The notes beneath the pieces were generated by a model that worked only from the letters and a program-made list of their open reading frames with translations, searched no databases and was not told where the DNA came from. Positions 35,771 to 45,576 of a DNA stretch of 64,000 nt are shown piece after piece; the first letter of the stretch is position 1, and each line of letters begins with the position of its first letter. Position numbers and translations under genes: made by a program. Source of the stretch: Patescibacteria group bacterium (GTDB taxonomy: Bacteria; Patescibacteriota; Minisyncoccia; Phycocordibacterales; Phycocordibacteraceae); NCBI GenBank assembly GCA_004322365.1, contig SCTS01000005.1, positions 67,697-131,696 on the forward strand. Reading direction: 5' to 3'.

Positions 35771-37153
35771 TTATTTAAGAGGAGGCTTCGTGGCAGTCTT
35801 CCGAATTGCGTTAATCAAGCTAGCCGAATCAAAATAGTTAGACAGCTTGTTTTCCCATCCAACTTTCGATGTATCTACATCTGGGTCAACTCCCCTACCT
35901 TCAACGGGCTGATTATCTTCCCGAAGTGTAATGGAGTTCACGAGAAGCAGTGAGTAGCTAGTAGTAGGATCTATAACGGTCTTCAATGGATACGTATTTT
36001 CAACAGTACCCCACCCTCGTGTGGTCCCACCAACCACATGGGCGCGGTTAAATTTCTTGAATGTTGCCGCAGTTAATTCTGCAGTGGACTGTGTCATTGC
36101 ATCGGTAATAATAGCGATTTCAGTGTAGCGCTCTACAAGTGGGAATTTTTCTTGAGTTGTCCGCTCCACCTGATACTCTCCTTGATGAAATAAATCAAAA
36201 GTATATTGATTGGCTCCCACAAAAAGACCAAAGAAAGCAGGCAGAAAATCCAGTGATCCTCCAATATTCCCCCTCAAATCTAAAACCATACTACTGAGAC
36301 CTGGCGTTGTTGATGCCGCATCAACCGCAAGACCAAATTCCCGAAGAGTTGTTGGGGATATTTTATTAATATGAAGATAGAGCGTAGAGCCGAGCGTATG
36401 CGGAAATACTGTAGGTTCTATACCTGCAGAGTCATACAATGCCTTTGAATTATTATTAGTGAGGACTGACTGTGCGTAGGTTGCCACTGCAAGCGCTGCC
36501 TTATCTTCGGTTGAAGTTGCATTTGCAAAAATCGCCGCCTTCTTCTTATATGCCGCCGTCACCTCCGCAGACGTAGCACCTTTTTTGAGTCCAAGATTTT
36601 GATATAAATCTTTTGATGAATCAATGTTGCTCACATTTTCTCTAAGTGCCACCTCTTCTTTTTTTGAAAGAATGCCATCGCGACCTGCAGGAGGGAGGTT
36701 ATACAAAACAACGGCACCAATATTCAGAGCTATTTGTCGTTTATTTTCAGTGGAAGTTGCCGATCTAAAGGCGACCTCAAGCATCTTTGAGGTGCCCGCC
36801 CTATCAGGAGTAACTAATACTGTTGTTGTGGCTGTAACTTTCTCAACGGATAGTCGAAACAACTCTGGCAACTTTAAATCCTCAGGCCTCATCCAATAAT
36901 TAGTAGTTATGGAGTCGTATACCTCCATATCAAAACGAACAAACACATCTACTTCTTCTGGTGTTTGGTACTGTATTGCTGACTCAGACGACTTCGCATG
37001 CGTCCACACATATGCGCCACTAGAGGAAAGTGCAATAACTATTCCCACCAATATGAGAACCAACTGATGTCGGAGAATAAATAATCTCACTGTATGTAGT
37101 TCTGGAATATTAAAGCCCATCTGTGAGATACTACCATGTGAATCATGGACCAT
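35771..37153 (-). CDS. S41-family C-terminal processing peptidase (tail-specific protease-like)
   Basis: MVLDLRGNIGGSLD and TQSTAELTAATFK match the S41 catalytic region. N-terminal TM; a J-domain-like fragment DLYQNLGLKKGATSAEVTAAYKKKA. Confidence 0.7.
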   Translation of the reverse strand: MVHDSHGSISQMGFNIPELHTVRLFILRHQLVLILVGIVIALSSSGAYVWTHAKSSESAIQYQTPEEVDVFVRFDMEVYDSITTNYWMRPEDLKLPELFRLSVEKVTATTTVLVTPDRAGTSKMLEVAFRSATSTENKRQIALNIGAVVLYNLPPAGRDGILSKKEEVALRENVSNIDSSKDLYQNLGLKKGATSAEVTAAYKKKAAIFANATSTEDKAALAVATYAQSVLTNNNSKALYDSAGIEPTVFPHTLGSTLYLHINKISPTTLREFGLAVDAASTTPGLSSMVLDLRGNIGGSLDFLPAFFGLFVGANQYTFDLFHQGEYQVERTTQEKFPLVERYTEIAIITDAMTQSTAELTAATFKKFNRAHVVGGTTRGWGTVENTYPLKTVIDPTTSYSLLLVNSITLREDNQPVEGRGVDPDVDTSKVGWENKLSNYFDSASLINAIRKTATKPPLK

Positions 37154-37978
37154 TCTTCAAATAGAGCAGTGGAAAAAGAATTTCTTCTTCGAGAAAAATA
37201 TAACGGCGTAAAAAATTCAGAGTATGAGGCTGATGTGATGCGAATAGAGAATGGTGAACCACTCGCATATGTGATTGGCTTTGTTCCATTTTTAGATTGC
37301 AAAATATTCTTGGACTCACACCCACTGATTCCCCGACCTGAAACAGAATTTTGGGTAGAGAAAGTTATTGAAAAGCTGAAAACTGAAAGCTGGCACCCCC
37401 CAAGGGGACTGCAATTTGTATCCAATCGCTTTGCTCTTGGACAAATCGGGAGCCTTAAAGCTATCCAAAAACCACTTCGGGTTTTGGATTTGTTTGCAGG
37501 TTCGGGATGTGTTGGTGTGGCATTGCTCAAGCATATCCCTGATGCTCAAGTTGATTTCGGAGAAATCGATACAAATCACTTTTCTACAATTACAAAAAAC
37601 ATACGCGAGAATGGCATCGAAGAAATACGAACCGCTGTGATACGCACCGATGTTTGGGATGGCATCACTAATTTATATGACATTGTGTGCGCAAATCCCC
37701 CCTACCTGTCAGAGAGTCGCCTTAACTTAATTGGACCCTCAGTGCTCGCCTATGAGCCTAAAAAAGCACTGTTTGCTGACGAGGATGGCTTTGCTCTCAT
37801 ACGAAGATTAATTCTCAAAGCGGGGGCGCACCTAAACCCTAAGGGACTTATGTATATCGAGCATGAACCTGAACATGCAGAAATGATTCAAAAATGCGCC
37901 AAAGAACATGGCTTCAGTGCGGAAAATAAACAAGATCAATATGGAGTGTTGCGGTATAGCGTTTTGAGTAGGTTTTAG
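37145..37978 (+). CDS. prmC: release factor glutamine N5-methyltransferase (HemK/PrmC)
   Basis: DLFAGSGCVGVAL (motif I) and NPPY (VCANPPYL). Confidence 0.8.
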   Translation: MDHSSNRAVEKEFLLREKYNGVKNSEYEADVMRIENGEPLAYVIGFVPFLDCKIFLDSHPLIPRPETEFWVEKVIEKLKTESWHPPRGLQFVSNRFALGQIGSLKAIQKPLRVLDLFAGSGCVGVALLKHIPDAQVDFGEIDTNHFSTITKNIRENGIEEIRTAVIRTDVWDGITNLYDIVCANPPYLSESRLNLIGPSVLAYEPKKALFADEDGFALIRRLILKAGAHLNPKGLMYIEHEPEHAEMIQKCAKEHGFSAENKQDQYGVLRYSVLSRF

Positions 37979-38088
37979 GTGCTAGGGACTAGGTGCTAGA
38001 TGACGCTTCATTAGGTCCGTAGAAATCAACGAGGTGCTAGCTTTTTGAACTGAAACCTAACACCCAGAAGCTAGTACCTAGCACCTCA
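37972..38088. repeat. intergenic palindromic repeat element, CTAGGTGCTAG family (copy A)
   Basis: ggtgctagggactaggtgctag ... gaggtgctagcttttt ... agctagtacctagcacctc; the arms are mutually complementary. Confidence 0.8.
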
Positions 38089-38107
38089 TTCATGGCATAA
38101 TAGTTTT

Positions 38108-38326
38108 ATGCCTCCAGTAACCACACTGCCTACAGATGTTGGAATGATATTTTGGTTTTTCTTTGCAATTGCTCTGGTAGTAACCGTGTACTTCGTTTTT
38201 GCGGAACTCTTCCACTGGCTCCGCTTTGGGTTCATGTATCCTTTAGTGTGGATTGCTATACCGGTATACCTGATAGGTATTGTCATACTCATCGGCGGCA
38301 TGCTCACAGGTATTGGAGCTCTATAA
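38108..38326 (+). CDS. small membrane protein
   Basis: 72 aa with two TM helices, immediately upstream of the bPH_2 protein. Confidence 0.3.
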   Translation: MPPVTTLPTDVGMIFWFFFAIALVVTVYFVFAELFHWLRFGFMYPLVWIAIPVYLIGIVILIGGMLTGIGAL

Positions 38327-38329
38327 CAT

Positions 38330-38896
38330 ATGTCATACAACCCCTTTGAACTCAAAGATTTTAGAGATGGCGAGCGTGTCGTCATGTTAGTCCGTCATCA
38401 TTGGTTTGTATTATTCCGTGAAGTTTTCTGGCTCGGTATTCTATTTATTGCTCCATTCTTTTTAATACCAATAGCATTTGGAATTTCTGCGCAAGGAGGA
38501 GGACTTCCATCCGTACCACCTGGCGTAGTAATCTTTTTTGCTTCCCTTTGGACACTTATCATTTGGCATCTCTTATTTGCACGCTGGACAGATTATTACT
38601 ATGACCTCTGGATAATCACCAACTGGCGCATTATTGATATAGACCAAATCGGATTTTTCAATCGCAATGTTGCGACACTTCTAACCCTTGATCATATTCA
38701 AGATATAGAAACGCACGTTGATGGTATTGTGGGCACCATACTCAATTTCGGAAGTATCAAAGTGCAAACAGCCGCGGCAAAAGCGGAATTTCTCATGAGC
38801 GAAATCCCAAACCCTGTCGGTATAGAGAAAATTATTCGAGAGGCGCAAGAAGAAAAAATTCGTGTATTCGGCGCAAAACCTGCGACACACGGATAA
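38330..38896 (+). CDS. membrane protein with bacterial PH-like (bPH_2/YdbT-like) domain
   Basis: Two N-terminal TM helices, then YYYDLWIITNWRIIDIDQIGFFNRNVATLLTLDHIQDIE typical of bPH_2. Confidence 0.5.
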   Translation: MSYNPFELKDFRDGERVVMLVRHHWFVLFREVFWLGILFIAPFFLIPIAFGISAQGGGLPSVPPGVVIFFASLWTLIIWHLLFARWTDYYYDLWIITNWRIIDIDQIGFFNRNVATLLTLDHIQDIETHVDGIVGTILNFGSIKVQTAAAKAEFLMSEIPNPVGIEKIIREAQEEKIRVFGAKPATHG

Positions 38897-38902
38897 ATTA
38901 AG

Positions 38903-40114
38903 ATGACTATCGACCCTTACAAAGGCGTTCGGGATTTTTATCCCGAAGACGAACGGATACAGAAACACATTTTTGGTGCCATGCGTCGTGCGTCAGAGTC
39001 TTTTGGCTATGAAGAGTACAATGCCTCTATTTTGGAGTCGACAGAACTCTATATGGCAAAAACAAGCGAAGAAATAGTAAATGAACAAACATATACATTC
39101 ACTGACCGTGGCGACCGTTCCGTTACTCTGCGCCCTGAAATGACACCAACAGTTGCGCGTATGGTAGCGAGTCGTAAACGAGAACTTGGCTTCCCTCTTC
39201 GTTGGTACTCAATTCAAAACTTCTTCCGCTACGAGCGACCACAGCGAGGACGCTTGCGTGAGTTTTGGCAGTTGAACGCTGATCTTTTTGGTGTCACCGG
39301 AGTAGAGGCCGATGTGGAAATAATCGCCCTTGCCTATCGCGTCATGATGGAACTCGGCGCATCCGACACTGACTTCGTAATAAAAATTGGGAGCAGATCA
39401 GCACTGAACGCCGAACTTGCTCGTCGTGATATCCCCGCAATAAACCACAAAAAAATCGCTGCGCTCATGGACAGGAAAGGAAAAATTCCTAACGAGGAAT
39501 ATGATGATGAAATGAGCGCTCTTGCCGGTGGTGCATTTGAGATTCATGAGAGTCCCGACATTGTAGAAACTCGGAGGCTTCTGGCGACACTCGGTATCAC
39601 TAACACTGAATTCAATCCTGAAATTGTGCGCGGCTTTCAGTACTACACGGGAATCGTTTTTGAAGTGTTCGATACAAATCCAGAAAACAAACGCTCTATG
39701 TTTGGCGGTGGCAGATATGACAACCTTGTAGGTCAATACGGCTCCGAAGAAGTACCTGCTGTTGGTTTTGCTATGGGGGATGTCATTGCAAGAGATTTCT
39801 TAGAAACGCACAACCTCATGCCCAACATCACTTCCGCAACACATCTCTATCTTGCGCCAGCAAGCGACAATGAAGTCGAGGGTGTTGCAAATATTGCAAA
39901 CACTCTCCGAAAGAACGGAGTAAATGTTGCCACTGGCATGAAGCACAACAAAATAGGCGACCACATAAAAACAGCACTGAAGCTTGCTATACCTTACTTT
40001 GCAGTCTACGGAGAAAAAGAAAAGGAATCTGACACGCTCACCATCAAAACCCTCGCTACTAGTTCCGAACAAACCCTCCCTCTTTCCGATGTTGCTTCGT
40101 ATTTAAAAAGCTAG
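38903..40114 (+). CDS. hisS: histidine--tRNA ligase
   Basis: Class II aaRS motifs: GVRDFYPED, FRYERPQRGRLREFWQ, GGGRYDNL. Confidence 0.9.
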   Translation: MTIDPYKGVRDFYPEDERIQKHIFGAMRRASESFGYEEYNASILESTELYMAKTSEEIVNEQTYTFTDRGDRSVTLRPEMTPTVARMVASRKRELGFPLRWYSIQNFFRYERPQRGRLREFWQLNADLFGVTGVEADVEIIALAYRVMMELGASDTDFVIKIGSRSALNAELARRDIPAINHKKIAALMDRKGKIPNEEYDDEMSALAGGAFEIHESPDIVETRRLLATLGITNTEFNPEIVRGFQYYTGIVFEVFDTNPENKRSMFGGGRYDNLVGQYGSEEVPAVGFAMGDVIARDFLETHNLMPNITSATHLYLAPASDNEVEGVANIANTLRKNGVNVATGMKHNKIGDHIKTALKLAIPYFAVYGEKEKESDTLTIKTLATSSEQTLPLSDVASYLKS

Positions 40115-40140
40115 AAGCTAGAACCTAGCACCTAGCACCC
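40108..40140. repeat. CTAGGTGCTAG-family repeat, half element (copy B)
   Basis: aaaagctagaagctagaacctagcacctagcacc overlapping the hisS stop. Confidence 0.7.
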
Positions 40141-40156
40141 GTAACCTTCTTTTCTT

Positions 40157-40729
40157 ATGCGCCGAATCACTCTCGACATTGAAACCACAAATGCCGCCAT
40201 AGGTGGCGCATTTGACCCATCAACCATGAACCTCACGGTGGCCTGTATTCACGATACAGAAACGGATTTGTTTACTTCATACGAGGTGGAAGAATTACCC
40301 AAACTCTGGCCCATTCTAGAGCGTGCAGATTTACTTATCGGCTACAACTCAGACCATTTTGATATTCCAATTCTCAATAGATACTATGCGGGCGACCTTA
40401 CTAAAATCAGAAGCTTAGATTTACTCGCAGAAATAAAAAATGTACTCGGAAGACGCATCAAACTTGATTCAGTCGCTTCGGGAACCTTGGGCAAAAAGAA
40501 AAGCGGTAACGGGCTCGATGCCATAAAATGGTGGAACGAGGGCAAGAAAGAAAAAGTAATTAAATACTGTATTGATGATGTACGCATCACAAAAGATATT
40601 TACGAATATGCACTCAAGAATGGGAAAGTAACCTACTCGGACTTCGGAAAGAAAAAGGATATCACTCTCGATACCAGCGGATGGGAATCAAAAAAGGCCT
40701 CTTCTATTACGCATACATTGCCGTTTTAG
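40157..40729 (+). CDS. DEDD-type 3'-5' exonuclease (RNase H-like fold)
   Basis: ITLDIETT (Exo I), GYNSDHFDIPIL (Exo II), YCIDDVRIT (Exo III-like). Confidence 0.6.
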   Translation: MRRITLDIETTNAAIGGAFDPSTMNLTVACIHDTETDLFTSYEVEELPKLWPILERADLLIGYNSDHFDIPILNRYYAGDLTKIRSLDLLAEIKNVLGRRIKLDSVASGTLGKKKSGNGLDAIKWWNEGKKEKVIKYCIDDVRITKDIYEYALKNGKVTYSDFGKKKDITLDTSGWESKKASSITHTLPF

Positions 40730-40784
40730 GTAGCTGTCAGCTTGTAATTAAAGCTTTAAAGCAACAGCTAAAAATTTTACGACT

Positions 40785-41762
40785 CTAGCGACTGGTGGTT
40801 GATTGAGAACCAGCAGGCAAATCTACATTCGAGACATGGGTTTCGGCAGTGAAGTAAAAGGATCCTATGGCAAGACCGAGGAGCAATAATCCTCCGCCAA
40901 TCACTCCCAAATATTGCACTTTCACATGCATAAATATAGCGAGGAAAAGCAAGAGCGCTATGAGTCCTATCAAACCACCGAGTATGGAGAGGAGCGTTTG
41001 ATTCGGTGATGCCGCGGCAGATACAAGACCTTCTACAATTGGATTATTTGCTATCACAGGTAGAGATGGACCGGTTTCAGAACCTAAAACATTTGAAGAT
41101 ACCTTATCGGAGGTGGCAAGCTCTGTTGCAGGCACAGTCTTTGCGGGAATTGTTTTTGTTGAAACAGGAGTCGAAGCTGATTTTGCCCCCGATGCAGGGG
41201 TGGCAAAAAACTGAACAACGAAGGTAACATCTTTTCCTTCATACACTCCTTGAGCTGTGCCGATGCCAATGCGTGTAAATTCAGACTTTACAATGTTTGC
41301 TCGATGCGTTGGCGACTTCATCCATGCCTCCTCAACATCTTTAGATTCGGTAAAGTTAACGGCCAAGTTCTCGCCTGCATATGAGTAGTTATACCCAACA
41401 AGATCAAGCCAATGCCATGGAGTTGTTCCATCTGGCGCTACATGAGCAAAATACCCCTTTTCAGCCATGTCAGCCGCTTTCTTTTGCGCTGCGACGGTAA
41501 GAAGTGGCTCTTCAATAAGCGTGCCGACGCCGTTTTTCGCACGATCATCATTGGTGAGTGCCGTAAGTACCCCCGGCAACACCGCCGCCAAGAATCCTGT
41601 CTTATTAAAGACAAGAGTCGTATGAACAAAATATCCTATTTGAAGAAACACTAAAAGAGCGCCGACGGCTATCGCTGTTTCTTTCCTGAAAAAATGAGGG
41701 TGATACTTATTTCCAGCTGTCGGGATAAAGTAGTTTCTGATGTGCCAGAAGAATTTTTTCAT
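40785..41762 (-). CDS. CAP/SCP (PR-1-like, YkwD-type) domain protein with N- and C-terminal TM segments
   Basis: GYFAHVAPDGTTPWHWL ... GENLA ... WMKSPTHRANIV ... TRIGIG are CAP-domain motifs. Confidence 0.65.
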   Translation of the reverse strand: MKKFFWHIRNYFIPTAGNKYHPHFFRKETAIAVGALLVFLQIGYFVHTTLVFNKTGFLAAVLPGVLTALTNDDRAKNGVGTLIEEPLLTVAAQKKAADMAEKGYFAHVAPDGTTPWHWLDLVGYNYSYAGENLAVNFTESKDVEEAWMKSPTHRANIVKSEFTRIGIGTAQGVYEGKDVTFVVQFFATPASGAKSASTPVSTKTIPAKTVPATELATSDKVSSNVLGSETGPSLPVIANNPIVEGLVSAAASPNQTLLSILGGLIGLIALLLFLAIFMHVKVQYLGVIGGGLLLLGLAIGSFYFTAETHVSNVDLPAGSQSTTSR

Positions 41763-41772
41763 TTTTTTTTAA

Positions 41773-43707
41773 TTATGGCAATGACTTGCCGAGTGACGCG
41801 CTAACATTTGCAATCACAGTAGCATCTGCGCCAAACGACTGGAGAAGCTCAAGTATTGCCGATACCTGAGTATCACTGAGTGTTTGTGTATGTACTGGTG
41901 TTTTCTGTACCACTCCCTTATTTAGGACCTCACGTGTCATTGGGCCGACAATGCCGACAGCAGGAAGCGCGTTCTTTTCCTGATACGCCTTCACACCTGC
42001 TTTTGTTGCGGTGCCGAAATAGGAAGTTACGAGTCCAGAATATACACCTTCACTCGTGAGCCTCTCTTGAAGAGCTTTCACATCATCACCTTTAGAACCC
42101 ACTCTAAGAGTACGGGTAAAATTATAGGTAGATGCACCTAAGACACTACCAATGTTTTCTGTGACTGGAACAGTTTCTACTGGTGTCGCTATGACCGCGA
42201 CCGGAGTGGCTACAATCGAGGAACTAGTATTTAGTATAGACACACTAACACCACCGATAATTCCGCCACCGCCACCACCGCCACCGCCACTTGGTGCAGG
42301 TGTGGGAGCAGGTACATGCACGCTAGCAAAGTAAGATGCTTTTGTTGCTTGAAATGAACAGAGACCGTTTGCCACTATACAGGTTGAGGAAACGAGCCCG
42401 TCTTGTGTCCAACCACTAGCGAGCGCGAGCGAGCGATACACCGTAAGCGTTGTCCCGTTAAGAGCTGTACCAACATACATGTTGATTGTTATGGCTTGTG
42501 AAAATTCGAGCCCTATCCCAGAGATCCCCCATTGCAGTGCGCCGTCAATCACAACACCTGTTGCTACATTCGAAAGTGTACCGCCATCAATGCGCGCTAA
42601 AGAAATATCTCCTGTAGATAGCGCCGTGACATCACTCCTCGTTATGGAAGTACCTACGGGAATTGCGATTGTCGATGTACCGACACCTGAAGCAACGGAG
42701 AGTGTTGTCGTGGCGGTTTGATCAATAGGTAAAAGAACTAAAGGGGAGGAAGATGCAACAAACGAAAGAAGTGGATTGGCGAACGCAACAGTAAACGCCG
42801 AGGAACTCGCTGAAGTGTTACCAGCTGAGTCAAGAGCGTTCACCGTAAATGTGTGATTCCCTCCCGTAAGCCCCCCAATAAGGGATACACAGTCGGCCAG
42901 AGATACGCCATCAAGTACACATCCAAGAGTAACGGTATTTGCGTCAGTTGCAGACACGCTCGGGGTTAGTGTTTGACCCGTGGTCGTAGCGTTTTCAGGT
43001 GTAGTGATTGAAATAAGTGGTACAGCGGTATCAATATTTGCTACAGCAACAGCATTTGCGCCAGTGTTTCCTAACGAATCAGTGAAGGTAAACGTAAACG
43101 AGCCGTTAGTCGTAAACAGATGTGCGTTGGTATTAATAGGTGAAAAAACTTCTGTTGTGGTTGTTGAAAGAAGAGCACACACAACTTTGTTTGTCGGAGT
43201 AGTGGAACTGTATGAAAGAAATTCCGCTGAACGACTTACACACTCAGTTGAGTTAGTGGCACTTGGAAGAAGAAAGAATACAAACTCGGGTGTCGATGCA
43301 ATGGTCTGCTTTGTTACCGTGACTGAAAGGGCTGCTAATACATTCCCTTGAGTTGCAACAGTTCCTAAAGAAACGGTAATGACGCCGTCAACAAGCGATG
43401 TTGTATCAAAGGACAGTGAATATGTTTTAGAATCGAGCGAAGTAAAGACTTTTTCACCAGTGAGTATGGTTCCCACAGAATCTACCAAAGTCACTGTAGA
43501 AGTTCCTGAGCGAAATGTGCCACTAATGCCATCCAAGCCAGAATTTCCACTTATCACTATTGTGGTTTGATTGAGAGAGGTAATGGTGTTTGATCCCCCA
43601 TCAACCACCAATGATGGTGTGGCAGCAAATGTTGGAGTTGCAACGAAACAGAGAATAAGCGCGGAGCCAAAAGCTCCATATACAACCATTCGACGGAAGC
43701 CGTGCAT
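41773..43707 (-). CDS. large secreted cell-surface protein with Ig-like repeats, poly-Gly linker and C-terminal peptidoglycan-binding domain
   Basis: Signal peptide; SGGGGGGGGIIGG linker; C-terminal RVGSKGDDVKALQERLTSEGVY...AGVKAYQEKNALP is a PG_binding_1 domain. Confidence 0.65.
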   Translation of the reverse strand: MHGFRRMVVYGAFGSALILCFVATPTFAATPSLVVDGGSNTITSLNQTTIVISGNSGLDGISGTFRSGTSTVTLVDSVGTILTGEKVFTSLDSKTYSLSFDTTSLVDGVITVSLGTVATQGNVLAALSVTVTKQTIASTPEFVFFLLPSATNSTECVSRSAEFLSYSSTTPTNKVVCALLSTTTTEVFSPINTNAHLFTTNGSFTFTFTDSLGNTGANAVAVANIDTAVPLISITTPENATTTGQTLTPSVSATDANTVTLGCVLDGVSLADCVSLIGGLTGGNHTFTVNALDSAGNTSASSSAFTVAFANPLLSFVASSSPLVLLPIDQTATTTLSVASGVGTSTIAIPVGTSITRSDVTALSTGDISLARIDGGTLSNVATGVVIDGALQWGISGIGLEFSQAITINMYVGTALNGTTLTVYRSLALASGWTQDGLVSSTCIVANGLCSFQATKASYFASVHVPAPTPAPSGGGGGGGGGIIGGVSVSILNTSSSIVATPVAVIATPVETVPVTENIGSVLGASTYNFTRTLRVGSKGDDVKALQERLTSEGVYSGLVTSYFGTATKAGVKAYQEKNALPAVGIVGPMTREVLNKGVVQKTPVHTQTLSDTQVSAILELLQSFGADATVIANVSASLGKSLP

Positions 43708-43779
43708 ATATGGAATAGTAGCAAACTGGAGACAAAAGTAGTAGATAGAAACCGCTATGGAGGGGTATACAATATAAGA

Positions 43780-44625
43780 ATGAGACGTGTCTTAATTTCA
43801 GCAAGTGCAGTGATACTCATTGCACTATTTTCAAGTCCTCTGTACGCCGTGGCTGAAACCGCTTCTGCGGGGATTCCTGCAGGGAACATCTGGCTTTCAA
43901 AAAATGCCGTAATCGAAAAAGAATCGGTGCGTATATTTTTACCTGTATACAACGCGAGTGCAACAAAAATTTCTGGTGACGCAATCTTTTCTGTCGATAC
44001 GATACAAGTCGGTACTGCACACTTTGAACTTGATGCTGGAAACTCCACAATAGTATCGAGCACGTGGACTACAACAAAAGGAGCTCACTCGATAACAGCA
44101 CGACTTGAAGGTACAGTTGATGCAAAAACAGGTACTGAAATTTCTGTATCAGCAAACACACAAACACTTGCCGTTGATATAGCAGAACGTCCACCAGCAC
44201 CTGCATTAGTTCAGGCACTTGGGATTGTTGCGAGTGTTGCACAAAATACAGTATCTGTAGCACTTCCTGTTGTTGCATCGGTTGCGAATACCGTATTTAA
44301 AGAAACAGAGCAACTAAGAGAAAGTGCGGTGGTCGCGCTTGAAAATTCACTAAACGGAACTACCGCTTCATCTGACGCAACTCCATCACAAGGATTAGTC
44401 TTAGGAGCTGAAACATTCCGTGCACCTGCAAATAATGATGGACTAATGGCCACAGCAATTACTGCACCTACCTCAGAGGGCGTTATGCGGATACTCCAAA
44501 CAATTTTATTATTCCTTGTGAGCTATCAATGGATCTTCTATCCCCTTCTATTACTCATTCTTCTCGGACTATTATTTTTGATTGGAAAAGGAATGTCCCG
44601 CAAGCAGACACCGAAAAGGGGCTAG
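43780..44625 (+). CDS. secreted hypothetical protein with C-terminal TM anchor
   Basis: Start trimmed to MRRVLISASAVILIALF (signal); C-terminal ILLFLVSYQWIFYPLLLLILLGLLFLIG. Confidence 0.4.
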   Translation: MRRVLISASAVILIALFSSPLYAVAETASAGIPAGNIWLSKNAVIEKESVRIFLPVYNASATKISGDAIFSVDTIQVGTAHFELDAGNSTIVSSTWTTTKGAHSITARLEGTVDAKTGTEISVSANTQTLAVDIAERPPAPALVQALGIVASVAQNTVSVALPVVASVANTVFKETEQLRESAVVALENSLNGTTASSDATPSQGLVLGAETFRAPANNDGLMATAITAPTSEGVMRILQTILLFLVSYQWIFYPLLLLILLGLLFLIGKGMSRKQTPKRG

Positions 44626-44629
44626 TTTT

Positions 44630-44696
44630 TAGGTGCTAGGTGCTAGCTTGAATTTCTGAAAGCTAAAACCTGAAAGCTGACAGCTGAAACCTTCCT
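44630..44696. repeat. CTAGGTGCTAG-family repeat (copy C) between convergent genes
   Basis: ggctagtttttaggtgctaggtgctagcttgaatttctgaaagctaaaacctgaaagctgacagctgaaacc. Confidence 0.75.
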
Positions 44697-44697
44697 T

Positions 44698-45522
44698 TTA
44701 AAGAGGTGTCAAAAACATCAATATCGTAACGGCAAGAAGTACCCGGTACACCGCAAATACATACAGCGGGTGGGTTCGAAGGAATTTTAAAAGTATATAG
44801 ATGGCAAGAAGACCGCTCACAAAAGCAACAACACTTCCAAGAATGAGTGGGACGCCAATAGTGCCAAGAGCACCTGTTCCGGCAAGCTCTAAAAACTTCT
44901 TAGATCCTGCACCAAGAATAATGGGAACCGAAAGAAGAAAACCGAAGCGTGCAGATGCTTCACGCGATAGTCCGAGGAACAGGCCACCTGAAATGGTCAT
45001 GCCCGAGCGACTCATGCCAGGGATTAAGGCAAGGGCCTGAAAAAGACCAATGAGTATTGCCTTCCAAAAACCTACCGCCTCCATACCTGTCTGTGTTCTG
45101 TAACGTTTTGAAATATACTCAGCCAAAAGAAAAACTGCTGAACCTGCAATGAGCGCGTACGCAACAAGGTGTGTATTTCGAAACACAGTGTCCATCGTGC
45201 TTTCCAACAGAATGCCTAAAATTACAGCTGGAACAGTACCTACAATAAGTGCAAGCAGCAGTCGCCCATCTTCCACTGCGACAGGTTTTCCCATCACCTT
45301 CTTAAGTGCTGTGTGTGCCAAAGTGAGTAAATCTTTAGAAAAATACACAACAACCGCAAGGATGGTTCCTAACTGTAAAACCGAGTCAACAGCAAGGCTA
45401 TTCGTCCCCGTGGCACCAAGGAGCTCACGAGCGATTATAAGATGCCCTGACGAAGAGATGGGAAGAAACTCAGTGATACCTTCAACGAGGCCTAAAATAC
45501 TAAAAATCACCCAGTCGTACAT
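44698..45522 (-). CDS. uppP: undecaprenyl-diphosphate phosphatase
   Basis: ILGLVEGITEFLPISSSGHL is the BacA/UppP signature. Confidence 0.85.
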   Translation of the reverse strand: MYDWVIFSILGLVEGITEFLPISSSGHLIIARELLGATGTNSLAVDSVLQLGTILAVVVYFSKDLLTLAHTALKKVMGKPVAVEDGRLLLALIVGTVPAVILGILLESTMDTVFRNTHLVAYALIAGSAVFLLAEYISKRYRTQTGMEAVGFWKAILIGLFQALALIPGMSRSGMTISGGLFLGLSREASARFGFLLSVPIILGAGSKKFLELAGTGALGTIGVPLILGSVVAFVSGLLAIYILLKFLRTHPLYVFAVYRVLLAVTILMFLTPL

Positions 45523-45576
45523 GATATTCTGTATGATATCCTATCATTTAATACTAACTAGAGAACCTCTTAATTT

